Shown here one piece after another: positions 22,893 to 31,797 of a stretch of DNA of 64,000 bases. Below the pieces are notes generated by a model that saw nothing but the letters and a program-made list of their open reading frames with translations, made no database searches and was not told the DNA's origin. The position numbers and the translations under genes were made by a program. The number at the start of each line of letters is the position of its first letter. Position 1 is the stretch's first letter. Where the stretch lies: the NCBI GenBank assembly GCA_019244185.1, contig JAFATB010000006.1, forward strand, positions 553,614 through 617,613. Reading direction: 5' to 3'. Source of the DNA: Acidobacteriota bacterium (GTDB lineage Bacteria > Acidobacteriota > Thermoanaerobaculia > Gp7-AA8).

Positions 22893-24290
22893 TTACTGCA
22901 GACCGAGGGCGCGGGGCGCGTTGATCTTCCCCTTGCCGTAGAACGGATCGGTGCCCGGCTGGCCGAGGTCGTCGGCCGACTGCTGCAGGCGCGCCTTCAC
23001 CTGCGACGGCTTGTCCTTGCCGACGTTCTCGACGATGAGCGCGGCCAGACCGGTGACGTGCGGCGCGGCCATCGACGTGCCGTTCGCGCCGACGATGAAG
23101 TTGCCGGTGCGGCAGATCGTCAGGCCGACGGACGCCGCGCTGCGCGAGCACGCGGAGTAGACGAAGCCGCCCGGGTTCGTGGCGCCGCTGCCGGTGCCGC
23201 CCGGCGCGGAGACGTTGATCGACGAGCGGCCGAAGTTCGTGTAGCCGGCGATGGCGTCGTAGCCGTTCGGCCACGGGCCGTTCACGCTGCCCGACGCCGA
23301 AGGTCCGAGCGCGGAGACGCAGACGGTGTTCGGCGCGTCGCAGTACGTCGTCTCGATGTTGCCGTCGTGGTCGAGATCGCGGCCGTCGTTGCCCGCGGCC
23401 ACCACGATGAGTGTGCCCTTGCGATGCGCGTAGTTGAAGACGCGGTTGATCATGCCGATGAAGCGGCCGTTGCCCGCCTTCGTGAAACCGCCGCCGAGGC
23501 TCATGTTCGCGACGTCGGCGTCGATGTCGGCGGCATACAGAACGCCGCTGAGCACGGAGCCGAACGAGCCGCTGCCGGCGGTGCACTGTCCGAACTGATC
23601 GGTCGTGAGTCCGAGCACCTTCACCGGCACGAGGCGCACGCGCGAGGTGACGCCAGCGGTCGCGCGCGCGTTGCTGGAGACCGTCGCGGCGACGTGGGTG
23701 CCGTGGAAGACGAGATCGTCCGTCGCACCGAACGTGAACGGCGCGCCCGGCACGCAGGCCGGGTTGTCGAGCTGGAACTGCGCGCCGAGCGAGTAGTCGA
23801 CGAGGCCGGCCAGATCGACGTGCGGGCTCGCGCTGCGGTCGATGCCAGTGTCGAGGATGGCCACGCGGACGTTCGGCGAGCCGATGCGGCCCGCGGCCCA
23901 CGCGACGTCCGCACCGATGGAGCGCATGTTCCACTGGCGCGCGAAGAACGCGGCCGTCGACGGCACGGCCGTGCTGGTGGCATCGGCGAACGACTGCTCG
24001 GCCGAGGCCACTTCGATCTGATCGTCGAGGACGAAGTTCTCGTCCGCCTGTACTTCAGCGACACCGGAGAGCGCGCCGAGACGGGCCGCGCCGTTCGCGT
24101 CGATACCGGACACGATGGCCATGACCTCGTGCTGGAACGCGACCCGGCCGCCCACGCTGGCCACCGTCGACGAGAAATTCGCCGGCGAGCCGTTCTTGAA
24201 GGCGACGATGTAGTCACCGGCGAACGCGCCGGCAGCCACGGAGAGCAAACACACTACGAACGCACCGCGCATCAGATTCTTCATATGCAC
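22893..24290 (-). CDS. Secreted S8 subtilisin-like serine protease
   Basis: VAILDTGID, HGTHVAA, AAGN, GTSMAAPHVTG; signal peptide and prodomain. Confidence 0.95.
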   Translation of the reverse strand: MHMKNLMRGAFVVCLLSVAAGAFAGDYIVAFKNGSPANFSSTVASVGGRVAFQHEVMAIVSGIDANGAARLGALSGVAEVQADENFVLDDQIEVASAEQSFADATSTAVPSTAAFFARQWNMRSIGADVAWAAGRIGSPNVRVAILDTGIDRSASPHVDLAGLVDYSLGAQFQLDNPACVPGAPFTFGATDDLVFHGTHVAATVSSNARATAGVTSRVRLVPVKVLGLTTDQFGQCTAGSGSFGSVLSGVLYAADIDADVANMSLGGGFTKAGNGRFIGMINRVFNYAHRKGTLIVVAAGNDGRDLDHDGNIETTYCDAPNTVCVSALGPSASGSVNGPWPNGYDAIAGYTNFGRSSINVSAPGGTGSGATNPGGFVYSACSRSAASVGLTICRTGNFIVGANGTSMAAPHVTGLAALIVENVGKDKPSQVKARLQQSADDLGQPGTDPFYGKGKINAPRALGLQ

Positions 24291-24377
24291 CTGGACCGAT
24301 CCTTTCGTGATGTGGGAAAGAGCGGCCGTAGTGTAGTGCGGGATCGCGGGATGTCAAGCAGTACTTACGGACGGCCG

Positions 24378-25859
24378 TCAGCTGTTCGGGGTGAGGATAT
24401 ACGTCACCAGTCCGCCGTGGCGCCGCGTGGGATCGGCGACGAGGTGGAACTCCTTCCCGCTGACGTGTTTGATGCCGATGCTCAGATGGGTACAGGTGCC
24501 GTTGATCTTGAGCTCATTTCCGTTGCCGGGAGTGAGTTTGCAGTCGATCTTGTCCCACAGGCTGTAGTAGTCGGCTTTGGCCATCGGGTCGTAATACTTC
24601 TTGAGAAGCTTGACCAGCACCGCGGCGTGGCTCGTAAAGACGAAGAACCCGTCTTTCTTGATGCCGTTGTATTCGATATTGCTCTTGATCTGCGGATCGA
24701 TGAACGTAGGGACTCTCACAATCGCCGACTGGTTCTGCGGGAGTACATAATCCGTCTCGGCGTCCACGCCGTACTTCTGGAGAATCGTGGCGAACGCATT
24801 CGCGAGCGTAATGCAGCTTCCGTAGCGGTCCAGTGAATTCGGGTTCTCCATGAAATCCTCGGCCTGGTCGTCGGTGCCGATGAACGCCGTCCCATTGACC
24901 AGCGCGGACGCAGAGTACCGGAAGCCATAGTTCGTGAATTCTTTGAACAGCCTGTCGACGAACAGCCGCAGGCTGGCCTTGTCGTTTACATGGACGGCCG
25001 TGGATCCGTAATAGAGCTCGCCCTTCTTGCCTTTGGTCACGCTACGCGTGATGTACCCCATCGGATCGCGCTGCTGCCATTGAATATTGCTCCAGCCAAG
25101 GCGCAGGTGCGTCAATCGCGTATCGAGCGTGGTGAGGTCGTTTTCGAGCGCGTTGTACTGCCCTTCGTTGTACGCGGCCCGATCGAGATTGTTGAATCGC
25201 TGCTGGATCTGGACCAATACGGTCGGCGGCCGCATCCAGGAACGGTTCGTCGCAAAGTCATTGAGCGTATTCGCGATTTTCGTGCGCAGATTGTCGCGCA
25301 GCGTATTGATGCGCGTCTCCTGTTCGTTGTAGCCCTGCATGAAGCCGAGCAGCCAATTGAAGCGGTTGTATGTGAGCGGCTGGGCCGTACCCGGCGGGAG
25401 CCGCCGCGGCGGCGCGGCATCCACGCGCTGCACGGCCTGAATCGCCATCCGCTCCGCCTCCGCTTCCAGCATCGCATCCTGCACGACCGCCACGCCGCTG
25501 CCGCTTACATTCCGCACGCGTCCCGTCCGCTGCTGCACGACGTGCGCGAGCTCGTGCGCGAGCGTATGCCGCCCATGCGGCGTGGCCGGATCGTACTGGC
25601 CGGCCGCGAAATGAATGTGCGAGCCGTGCGTGAACGCCTGCGCGCGGATCGCCTGCGCCACCGCGCTCGACGGATGGACGCGCACGTGATCGAACCGCTG
25701 CCCGAACGCCGCTTCCATCCGCTGCCGTACATCGGCCGCCAATGGCTGCCCACCCTGCACCGGCAACCGCGCCGCCTCCTGCGGCGAGAGCCGCGCCGGA
25801 ACCTGTGCCCCGCGAGGAAACCGCCCTTGAATCACCGAGCCGTTCATCGGATGAGCCAT
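24378..25859 (-). CDS. DUF4157 (eCIS core domain) protein with divergent C-terminal putative toxin domain
   Basis: GQPL...MEAAFG..F..VRVH, AQAFTHGSHIHF, LAHELAHVVQQ, LEAEAERMA. Confidence 0.85.
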   Translation of the reverse strand: MAHPMNGSVIQGRFPRGAQVPARLSPQEAARLPVQGGQPLAADVRQRMEAAFGQRFDHVRVHPSSAVAQAIRAQAFTHGSHIHFAAGQYDPATPHGRHTLAHELAHVVQQRTGRVRNVSGSGVAVVQDAMLEAEAERMAIQAVQRVDAAPPRRLPPGTAQPLTYNRFNWLLGFMQGYNEQETRINTLRDNLRTKIANTLNDFATNRSWMRPPTVLVQIQQRFNNLDRAAYNEGQYNALENDLTTLDTRLTHLRLGWSNIQWQQRDPMGYITRSVTKGKKGELYYGSTAVHVNDKASLRLFVDRLFKEFTNYGFRYSASALVNGTAFIGTDDQAEDFMENPNSLDRYGSCITLANAFATILQKYGVDAETDYVLPQNQSAIVRVPTFIDPQIKSNIEYNGIKKDGFFVFTSHAAVLVKLLKKYYDPMAKADYYSLWDKIDCKLTPGNGNELKINGTCTHLSIGIKHVSGKEFHLVADPTRRHGGLVTYILTPNS

Positions 25860-25922
25860 GATCCCTCGTCTCCGTCGTTCAGCGTCTCGGGAAGTAAGGA
25901 GATTTTACGACAGGGGGAGTTT

Positions 25923-25998
25923 TGGCTGTGGCGGGAGGGCTCGAACCTCCGACCACCGGATTAACAATCCGGCGCTCTACCAACTGAGCTACACCACA
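25923..25998 (-). tRNA. tRNA-Asn (GTT)
   Basis: 76-nt cloverleaf: TGTGGTG/CGCCACA acceptor stem, anticodon arm CCGGA-TTGTTAA-TCCGG, TTCGAGC T-loop, discriminator G and CCA. Confidence 0.97.
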
Positions 25999-26032
25999 GT
26001 ACGTGCGCGGCGGGAGGGGGATGGTGGCGCGG

Positions 26033-26740
26033 TCAGCGGGGGGTTGTCAAGGCGGTGCGGATGGCGCGCAGGCGCTCCAGCGCTTGCGGCATGTCGGCGT
26101 GGATGCAGATCGTGTCGAAGGCGATCGGGATGCGGGTGCCGTCGCGGGCGATGACGGCGCGTTCGTTCGCGAGCATTACGGCCTGCGCGGCGGCTTCTTC
26201 GATCGTGAGCGTGGAGCCGGTGATGCTGCGCGGGACAAGCGAGCCGTCGGGCTCGTAGCGGCGGTCGGCGAAGGCCTCGCGGATGACGCGCGTGCCGGCG
26301 GCTTGGGCGGCGGCGGCCATCTGCGAGCGATCGGGCGCGACGATGGCGATGGTGGGATCGACGGCACACATTGCGTCGACGATCGTGTCCGCGCGCGTGC
26401 GGTCTTTGTGCGCGTCGTTGTACAGCGCGCCGTGCGGCTTCACGTGCTCCACGCGCGCGAACGCGCGCAGCGCGGAGATCTGCGCGATGAGCGACGCGCG
26501 CAGCGCGTCGGCGTCGAGATCGAGCGAGCGGCGGCCGAAGTGCTCGCGATCGGGATAGGACGGATGTGCGCCGAACGCGACGCCGTAGCGCGCGGCGAAG
26601 GCCGCGGCCTCGCGCATCGAGGTCTCGTCGCCGACGTGACCGCCGCACGCGACGTTCGCGGACGTGATCAGCGGCCAGATCCCGTCTTCGTCCGGCGAAC
26701 CTTCGCCGAGGTCGGCGCTGAGATCGAGATCGAGAGTCAC
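26033..26740 (-). CDS. pxpA: LamB/YcsF family, 5-oxoprolinase subunit A
   Basis: DLGEG, SANVACGGHVGD, GAHPSYPD, HVKPHGALYN, EAFADRRY, TICIHAD. Confidence 0.9.
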   Translation of the reverse strand: MTLDLDLSADLGEGSPDEDGIWPLITSANVACGGHVGDETSMREAAAFAARYGVAFGAHPSYPDREHFGRRSLDLDADALRASLIAQISALRAFARVEHVKPHGALYNDAHKDRTRADTIVDAMCAVDPTIAIVAPDRSQMAAAAQAAGTRVIREAFADRRYEPDGSLVPRSITGSTLTIEEAAAQAVMLANERAVIARDGTRIPIAFDTICIHADMPQALERLRAIRTALTTPR

Positions 26741-27936
26741 AGCTCGGTTCCTTTCGTTTCGGGTAGGAGCCAGATGAGGACCCCGCCGAGCGCGAAGAAC
26801 GCGGCGTCGGCGGCGAGGGAGAAGCGGAAGCCGTACGTCGCCGCCGCGGCGCCGATCGCGTACGGCGCGGCCGCGGACGCGAGGCGGCCGCCGTTGTAGC
26901 AGAAGCCCTGCGCGCTCGCGCGGATGCGCGTCGGAAAGAGCTCGGCGAGCATCGCGCCGAACAGCGAGAAATAGCCGTGCGCGAAGTAGCCTACCAGCGG
27001 GCCGATGAGCAGGAGCGTCAGCTTCGAGCGCGCGCCGAATGCGAACAGCGGCACCACCGCGGTCGCGGCGATCATGAAGAAGGTGAACGCGGGACGGCGT
27101 CCGATGCGGTCGGCAATCCAGCCGAAGCTCACATAGCCGAAGAACGCTCCGATCTGCAGCACGATCAGCCACGCGGCCGACTTCGTCAGCGTCAGCCCCG
27201 CGCCGCCCTGCGCCACAGGCGTCGCCAGAAACGCGGGCAGCCACGACGTCACGCCCCAGAATGCGACGAGCACGCTGCTCGCGAGGAGCGTCGCCAGCAC
27301 GACGCGCGCGCGGAATGCGGGGCCGAACAGCTCGAGCCAGCGCGACGGCTCGCGCGCGCGCCACACCTCCGGCTCTTCGACGTTGCGGCGAATCGCGAAC
27401 GCGAGCACCGCCGGCAGCGCGCCGATGAGAAACAGCACGCGCCAGCCGAAGCGCTCGAGGACGAGCGCGGAAATGCCCGCGGCGAAGAGCGCGCCGATCG
27501 CCCACCCCGCCTGCATGATCCCCATCGCCTTCGCGCGATGTTGCGCAGGCCACGTCTCCGCGACGAGTACCGAGCCGCAGGACCACTCGCCGCCCATGCC
27601 GAGGCCGACCAGCACGCGCCACGCGATGAGCTGCCAGAGCGCGGACGACGTCGCGAGGCCCGCGGTCGCGGCGGAGTACAGCAGGATGCTGAACGTCATC
27701 GCGCGCACGCGGCCGATGCGATCGGCGAGACGTCCGAAGCCGATGCCGCCGATCGCGCTCGCGATGAGCGCCACCGACGTGAGGCCGCCCATCGTCGACT
27801 TGGCGAGGCCGAACTCCTGCTGGATCGGCACGACGGCGAAGGTGAAGAGGAGGAAGTCCATCGCGTCGAGCATCCAGCCGAGCTGCGCGGCGAACAATGC
27901 GCGCCACGCGCGGCGGTCGACGTCGATGAAGGACAT
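26737..27936 (-). CDS. MFS transporter (aromatic acid / SHS-like)
   Basis: GWMLDAMD, GRLADRIGR, GLGMGGEW, ELFPTRIRAS, LPETKG. Confidence 0.9.
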   Translation of the reverse strand: MSFIDVDRRAWRALFAAQLGWMLDAMDFLLFTFAVVPIQQEFGLAKSTMGGLTSVALIASAIGGIGFGRLADRIGRVRAMTFSILLYSAATAGLATSSALWQLIAWRVLVGLGMGGEWSCGSVLVAETWPAQHRAKAMGIMQAGWAIGALFAAGISALVLERFGWRVLFLIGALPAVLAFAIRRNVEEPEVWRAREPSRWLELFGPAFRARVVLATLLASSVLVAFWGVTSWLPAFLATPVAQGGAGLTLTKSAAWLIVLQIGAFFGYVSFGWIADRIGRRPAFTFFMIAATAVVPLFAFGARSKLTLLLIGPLVGYFAHGYFSLFGAMLAELFPTRIRASAQGFCYNGGRLASAAAPYAIGAAAATYGFRFSLAADAAFFALGGVLIWLLPETKGTEL

Positions 27937-27985
27937 CGCGGCGGAGTGTACAACGCCGCCGCGATGCCGGTTCAACGCGAGAGAT

Positions 27986-28032
27986 TCATCAGGACGAAAG
28001 GGCCGCGATCATGGCAACCGCTCACAAGCGCC
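27986..28032 (+). repeat. Inverted repeat, left arm of precursor cassette 1
   Basis: tcatcaggacgaaagggccgcgatcatggcaaccgctca is complementary to 28356-28398. Confidence 0.8.
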
Positions 28033-28138
28033 GGATTCAGGGACTGCACCGGCGGCATCTCAATTTGCATTCGAAGTCGGTTTAAAGCCGGAACATCGAC
28101 AGCGGACCGCCGTGCGATCCGCCGAACAGCGCCGAATC

Positions 28139-28261
28139 TTACGCGCCGCCGCAGAGAACCGCGACAGCGATCAGGGCGCCGACCGCAAAACCATTCCAGA
28201 AGTCCGTGGCGGCTTCGCTGATGGGGGCGACGACGTTTTCCATTTCTTCGATCATGAGCAT
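28139..28261 (-). CDS. RiPP precursor peptide, CGGA type (40 aa)
   Basis: MLMIEEMENVVAPISEAATDFWNGFAVGALIAVAVLCGGA; AAGGAG RBS; paralog at 30244-30366. Confidence 0.9.
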   Translation of the reverse strand: MLMIEEMENVVAPISEAATDFWNGFAVGALIAVAVLCGGA

Positions 28262-28355
28262 GTGAGTGATCTCCTTTTCCATGTAGTGGGCGATTCGATT
28301 GGGGGTGTAACTGCCGGGGACATGACAACCGGACGCCGAGGGGCTACTGCATCGT

Positions 28356-28398
28356 GGCGCTGAGGGTTGCCGTGATCGCGGCTCTCTCCTCCTGATGA
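28356..28398 (-). repeat. Inverted repeat, right arm of precursor cassette 1
   Basis: Minus strand reads tcatcaggaggagagagccgcgatcacggcaaccctcagcgcc. Confidence 0.8.
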
Positions 28399-28402
28399 CT
28401 CC

Positions 28403-29629
28403 TTATTCGTAACGAAGACATTCGATCGGATCGAGCATGGAGGCTTTCCACGCCGGATACAGACCGAAAAGAATTCCGATGGCCGCGGGGACGAGGAACG
28501 CGCTGCTGACGGCCCACAACGGAATGGGACTGAACGAGCCGAAGAATCCGTGGCTGATCGCGCCGCCGGCCGCATAGCCGAGCGCAACGCCGGCCGCTCC
28601 GCCGAGGAGCGATAAGAGCGACGCTTCAATGAGGAACTGCACCAGGATGTCGCGCGGCTTGGCGCCGACGGATTTCCGGATGCCGATCTCACGCGTGCGC
28701 TCGGTGACCGTGACGAGCATGATGTTCATGATGCCGACGCCGCCGACGAGCAGCGCGATCGACACCATGCCGCCGGCCACGGCGCCGATGAAGCGCGTAA
28801 TGCCGGAGACGATGGAGACGAACTGCCGCTGGCTGAAGACGCGGAAGCCTTCCTGCTCTTTCGGTTTGAGGCCTTTGACGCGGCGTAATGCGGCGGTGAC
28901 GAGCTCCGCACCGTCATCCGCGCTGACCTTCGAGTCGATGCGCACCTGAAAGAACAGCTGATGGCGCTGCTCTTCGGTGAGCATCGGCAGGCCGGTGCGC
29001 AGCGGGATGAGGATCATGCTGTCGGGATCGGCGCCGAGGGTTGCGCCGCGTTCCTCCAGCACGCCGATGATCTCGAGTCCGAGAGACGGCGTCTGAATGA
29101 TCTTGCCGATGGGATTGCCTTTGATGGCGAGCTTCTCGAGCACCTTCGGGCCGACGATGACCACTTTGCTGCCGAGGCGGATCTCCGCCGGGACGAAATT
29201 GCGTCCGGTCTTGACGTTGATGTCGTTGAGCTCGAGATAGGTCTCGTCCGACATCAGCATGTTGACGGAGGTGGTGTGGCCGTTGGCCTTGAGATCGGTG
29301 CTCGTCAATGCGAGGGGTGTGACCTGGGTGACCTGGCGCACGAGGCGTTGCACGGCCTTCATGTCGTCTGCGGTCAGGTCGCGATTGCGGACTTTCCCAT
29401 ATTCCTCGAGCGGAACGTCGCCCGGCAGGAGAGGGCGGACGAGCAGCGTCTGGCTGCCGGCGCGCTCGATTTCCTGCAGGATGCTGCGCTCCATTCCCTG
29501 GACGAGGCTGACCACGGCGATGACGCTGGTCACGCCGATGACGATGCCCAGGGAGGTGAGGATCGAGCGCATTTTGTTCGCTTGGAGCGATTTGAGCGCC
29601 GCACGCAATGGCTCGATGAGGCCGAACAT
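28403..29629 (-). CDS. MacB/FtsX-type ABC transporter permease
   Basis: NKMRSILTSLGIVIGV, LLVGGVGIMNIMLVTVTERTREIGIRKSVGA, LDPIECLRYE; AAGGA RBS before ATG 29629. Confidence 0.92.
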   Translation of the reverse strand: MFGLIEPLRAALKSLQANKMRSILTSLGIVIGVTSVIAVVSLVQGMERSILQEIERAGSQTLLVRPLLPGDVPLEEYGKVRNRDLTADDMKAVQRLVRQVTQVTPLALTSTDLKANGHTTSVNMLMSDETYLELNDINVKTGRNFVPAEIRLGSKVVIVGPKVLEKLAIKGNPIGKIIQTPSLGLEIIGVLEERGATLGADPDSMILIPLRTGLPMLTEEQRHQLFFQVRIDSKVSADDGAELVTAALRRVKGLKPKEQEGFRVFSQRQFVSIVSGITRFIGAVAGGMVSIALLVGGVGIMNIMLVTVTERTREIGIRKSVGAKPRDILVQFLIEASLLSLLGGAAGVALGYAAGGAISHGFFGSFSPIPLWAVSSAFLVPAAIGILFGLYPAWKASMLDPIECLRYE

Positions 29630-29678
29630 GGGATGAGGTCCTTTCTGTAAATTAATTGAGCGTTTGTGAACCCGAGGC

Positions 29679-29712
29679 CCCATTACGGCCTTCCGGAGAA
29701 GGCCGTAATGGG
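29679..29712. other. Perfect 15-bp stem-loop between precursor genes and permease
   Basis: CCCATTACGGCCTTC-CGGA-GAAGGCCGTAATGGG; no U-tract. Confidence 0.75.
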
Positions 29713-29736
29713 ATGGCCGGAACTGCATGGCGATCC

Positions 29737-29795
29737 GCAGAAAAGAGCCGCGACCACGGCGATCAGCAACCCGTCAGCTTCACACCCACAGCAAA
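29737..29795 (+). repeat. Inverted repeat, left arm of precursor cassette 2
   Basis: gcagaaaagagccgcgaccacggcgatc...tcacacccacagcaaa is complementary to 30444-30494. Confidence 0.8.
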
Positions 29796-29837
29796 ACTGA
29801 CGACGACTCGCCAAGGGACTCTTTCAGCCGAAGCCGA

Positions 29838-29960
29838 TTACGACGAGAGAGCCGCGATGATGATGATCGTCGCCGCGCCGGCGCCAGCACCCGCGAGCCA
29901 CGTTCCGACGCTGGGGGCAACCACTTCTTCCATCTCTTCGATCATGAGCACGTTGTTCAT
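29838..29960 (-). CDS. RiPP precursor peptide, LSS type (40 aa)
   Basis: MNNVLMIEEMEEVVAPSVGTWLAGAGAGAATIIIIAALSS; AAGGA RBS. Confidence 0.9.
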   Translation of the reverse strand: MNNVLMIEEMEEVVAPSVGTWLAGAGAGAATIIIIAALSS

Positions 29961-30033
29961 TGGAGTCTTTCCTTTTCTCTGAAGTTGGTGAAACGTTGTT
30001 GTTTAGGGACCGGGTCTGTTGGTGGACGACGGA

Positions 30034-30156
30034 CTACGAGGAGAGCGCCGCGATGATGATGATCGTCGCCGCGCCGGCGCCAGCGCCCGCGAGCCACGTT
30101 CCGACGCTGGGGGCAACCACTTCTTCCATCTCTTCGATCATGAGCATGTTGTTCAT
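30034..30156 (-). CDS. RiPP precursor peptide, LSS type (40 aa), near-identical duplicate
   Basis: MNNMLMIEEMEEVVAPSVGTWLAGAGAGAATIIIIAALSS; differences within the core are synonymous. Confidence 0.9.
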   Translation of the reverse strand: MNNMLMIEEMEEVVAPSVGTWLAGAGAGAATIIIIAALSS

Positions 30157-30243
30157 TGGAGTCTTCCTTTTCTTTCTTTTAGTTAGTTTGTGAAAGGGCC
30201 CGAAATGAATCAATGCCCGTACTGCGTGTGAAGCAGAGGCGTC

Positions 30244-30366
30244 TTATGCGCCGCCGCAGAGGATCGCGCCCGCGATGAGCGCGCCGATGGCGAAGCCCTG
30301 CCAGAAGTCGTTCGCGGCCTCGCTGATCGGGGCAACGATGGTTTCCATCTCTTCGATCATGACCAT
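30244..30366 (-). CDS. RiPP precursor peptide, CGGA type (40 aa)
   Basis: MVMIEEMETIVAPISEAANDFWQGFAIGALIAGAILCGGA; AAGGAG RBS. Confidence 0.9.
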   Translation of the reverse strand: MVMIEEMETIVAPISEAANDFWQGFAIGALIAGAILCGGA

Positions 30367-30443
30367 GTGCGTAATCTCCTTTCTATAAGATGATGTTGCC
30401 GTACTGCCAAAACCGGGGTCCCGTACAACCTAGCGCCGCCAGC

Positions 30444-30494
30444 TTTACTGCGGGTGTGAGCGCTGCGATTGCCTTGGTCGCGGCTCTTTACTGC
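30444..30494 (-). repeat. Inverted repeat, right arm of precursor cassette 2
   Basis: Minus strand reads gcagtaaagagccgcgaccaaggcaatc...tcacacccgcagtaaa. Confidence 0.8.
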
Positions 30495-30525
30495 CGACCG
30501 GACCACGATTCGATTGATGCCTGAT

Positions 30526-31797
30526 TCAGTTGGCGGAGTGCCGCTCCTGCTCGCGCTGTTTCCGCTCCTCCTGCGAGTCGGACAGGTGATGCAGCGTGAC
30601 GTCCGCCTTGTCCTTGAGATCGCGCAGCTTGCGCAGAGGGCCTGTAATGACCTTGTCGCCTTGTGCGAGACCGTGTTGGACTTCGTAATACTGGCTGTCG
30701 GCGATTCCGAGCGTGACCGTCTTCTCGTCGACCTTGCCGTCTTTGTTCGCGACCATGACCACGGAGCGCGTCTGCGGGACGAACAGACCCTGCTTGCGCG
30801 CGTCGTCCATCGAACCTTCGCGCTCGAGCACCGACTGCAGCGGCACGCGCACGGCATTGTTCGCGTCCGCGGTCAGAATCACCGCCCGCGCGCTCATACC
30901 GGGGCGCAGCAACGCCATGTCGCGGTCGGTGACCGTGAGGAACACCTTGACCTTGTACATGTTCGCGTCCTGACCGGTCGCTTCGGCCGCGGAGGCGATC
31001 TCGCTGATCGTGCCGCGGAAAATGCGGTCCGGCAGCGGCTCGACGCTGACCTGCGCCGGCTGACCGACTTTGAGACGCACCACTTCGTTCTCGTTGACCT
31101 TGATCTCGGCGCACGTGTCGGTCATGTCCGAGACGACCATGAGCACCGCGCCGGGGAGGTTGCTCGTGCCCGGAATGGCCATTTCGCCTTTTTCCGCGCG
31201 CAGTGAGGTCACGCGGCCCACAATGGGCGAGCGGATCTCGGTTTTCGTGAGACCGTCGCGCATGGCCGCGACGTTGGCCTCGTTCTGTGCGACGTTCGCT
31301 CGCGCCGACTGTGCGGTGAACTCCGCGCTCTCCATGCCGATCTTCGCCTGGCGGTCCGCCTCGACGGAGACGAGCCCTTGATGGAACAGCGCGTCGGTGC
31401 GCTGGTACGTTTCACCCGCGAGCCGCCGGGCCGCGTCGAGACGGGCCGCGTCTTTGCGAGCCGACTCGAGCAGCGCCTCCGCTTGCGAGAGCTGCTGCCG
31501 CAGACGCTCCGGATCGATGCGTACGAGCAGCTGTCCCGCCTGCACGTACTCGCCGTCCTTGACCAGGAGCTCCGTGATCTCGCCGGCCACGTTGGTGCCG
31601 ATGTTCACGCGGGTGCGGGCCTGGATCTCGCCGCTGGCCTGGATGGTCTCGCGCACTTCTCCGCGGTCGACCACGTCCCAGTTGAGGGCGTCGGCTTCGC
31701 TGCCGGTCTTTCCGAACGTCAGTCCGAGGCTGAGCATGACCGCGCAGCCGAGGACGATCGCCATCTGAATCTTCGTTCGCTTGCGCATTGGAATCAA
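30526..31797 (-). CDS. Efflux periplasmic adaptor (membrane fusion protein)
   Basis: ASGEIQ, VKDGEYVQAGQLLVRID, IRSPIVG, LRPGMSARAVI, GLAQGDKVITG. Confidence 0.92.
   Translation of the reverse strand: MIPMRKRTKIQMAIVLGCAVMLSLGLTFGKTGSEADALNWDVVDRGEVRETIQASGEIQARTRVNIGTNVAGEITELLVKDGEYVQAGQLLVRIDPERLRQQLSQAEALLESARKDAARLDAARRLAGETYQRTDALFHQGLVSVEADRQAKIGMESAEFTAQSARANVAQNEANVAAMRDGLTKTEIRSPIVGRVTSLRAEKGEMAIPGTSNLPGAVLMVVSDMTDTCAEIKVNENEVVRLKVGQPAQVSVEPLPDRIFRGTISEIASAAEATGQDANMYKVKVFLTVTDRDMALLRPGMSARAVILTADANNAVRVPLQSVLEREGSMDDARKQGLFVPQTRSVVMVANKDGKVDEKTVTLGIADSQYYEVQHGLAQGDKVITGPLRKLRDLKDKADVTLHHLSDSQEERKQREQERHSAN

Noticed and set aside
25860-25998. Prophage or ICE integrated at tRNA-Asn
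   Set aside because: No integrase and no duplicated tRNA 3' end found by eye
29656-30193. Plus-strand ORFs 29656-29982, 29727-30056 and 29960-30193
   Set aside because: Antisense shadows of the duplicated precursor genes, which carry the RBSs and conserved leaders on the minus strand
28139-30366. Calling the cluster a canonical daptide, microcin C or TOMM/YcaO cluster
   Set aside because: No C-terminal Thr and no dehydrogenase, aminotransferase or methyltransferase; no short Asn-terminated peptide; no YcaO gene
27986-30494. Integron attC cassette array
   Set aside because: Repeats are in inverted pairs rather than a direct series, and no integrase is present
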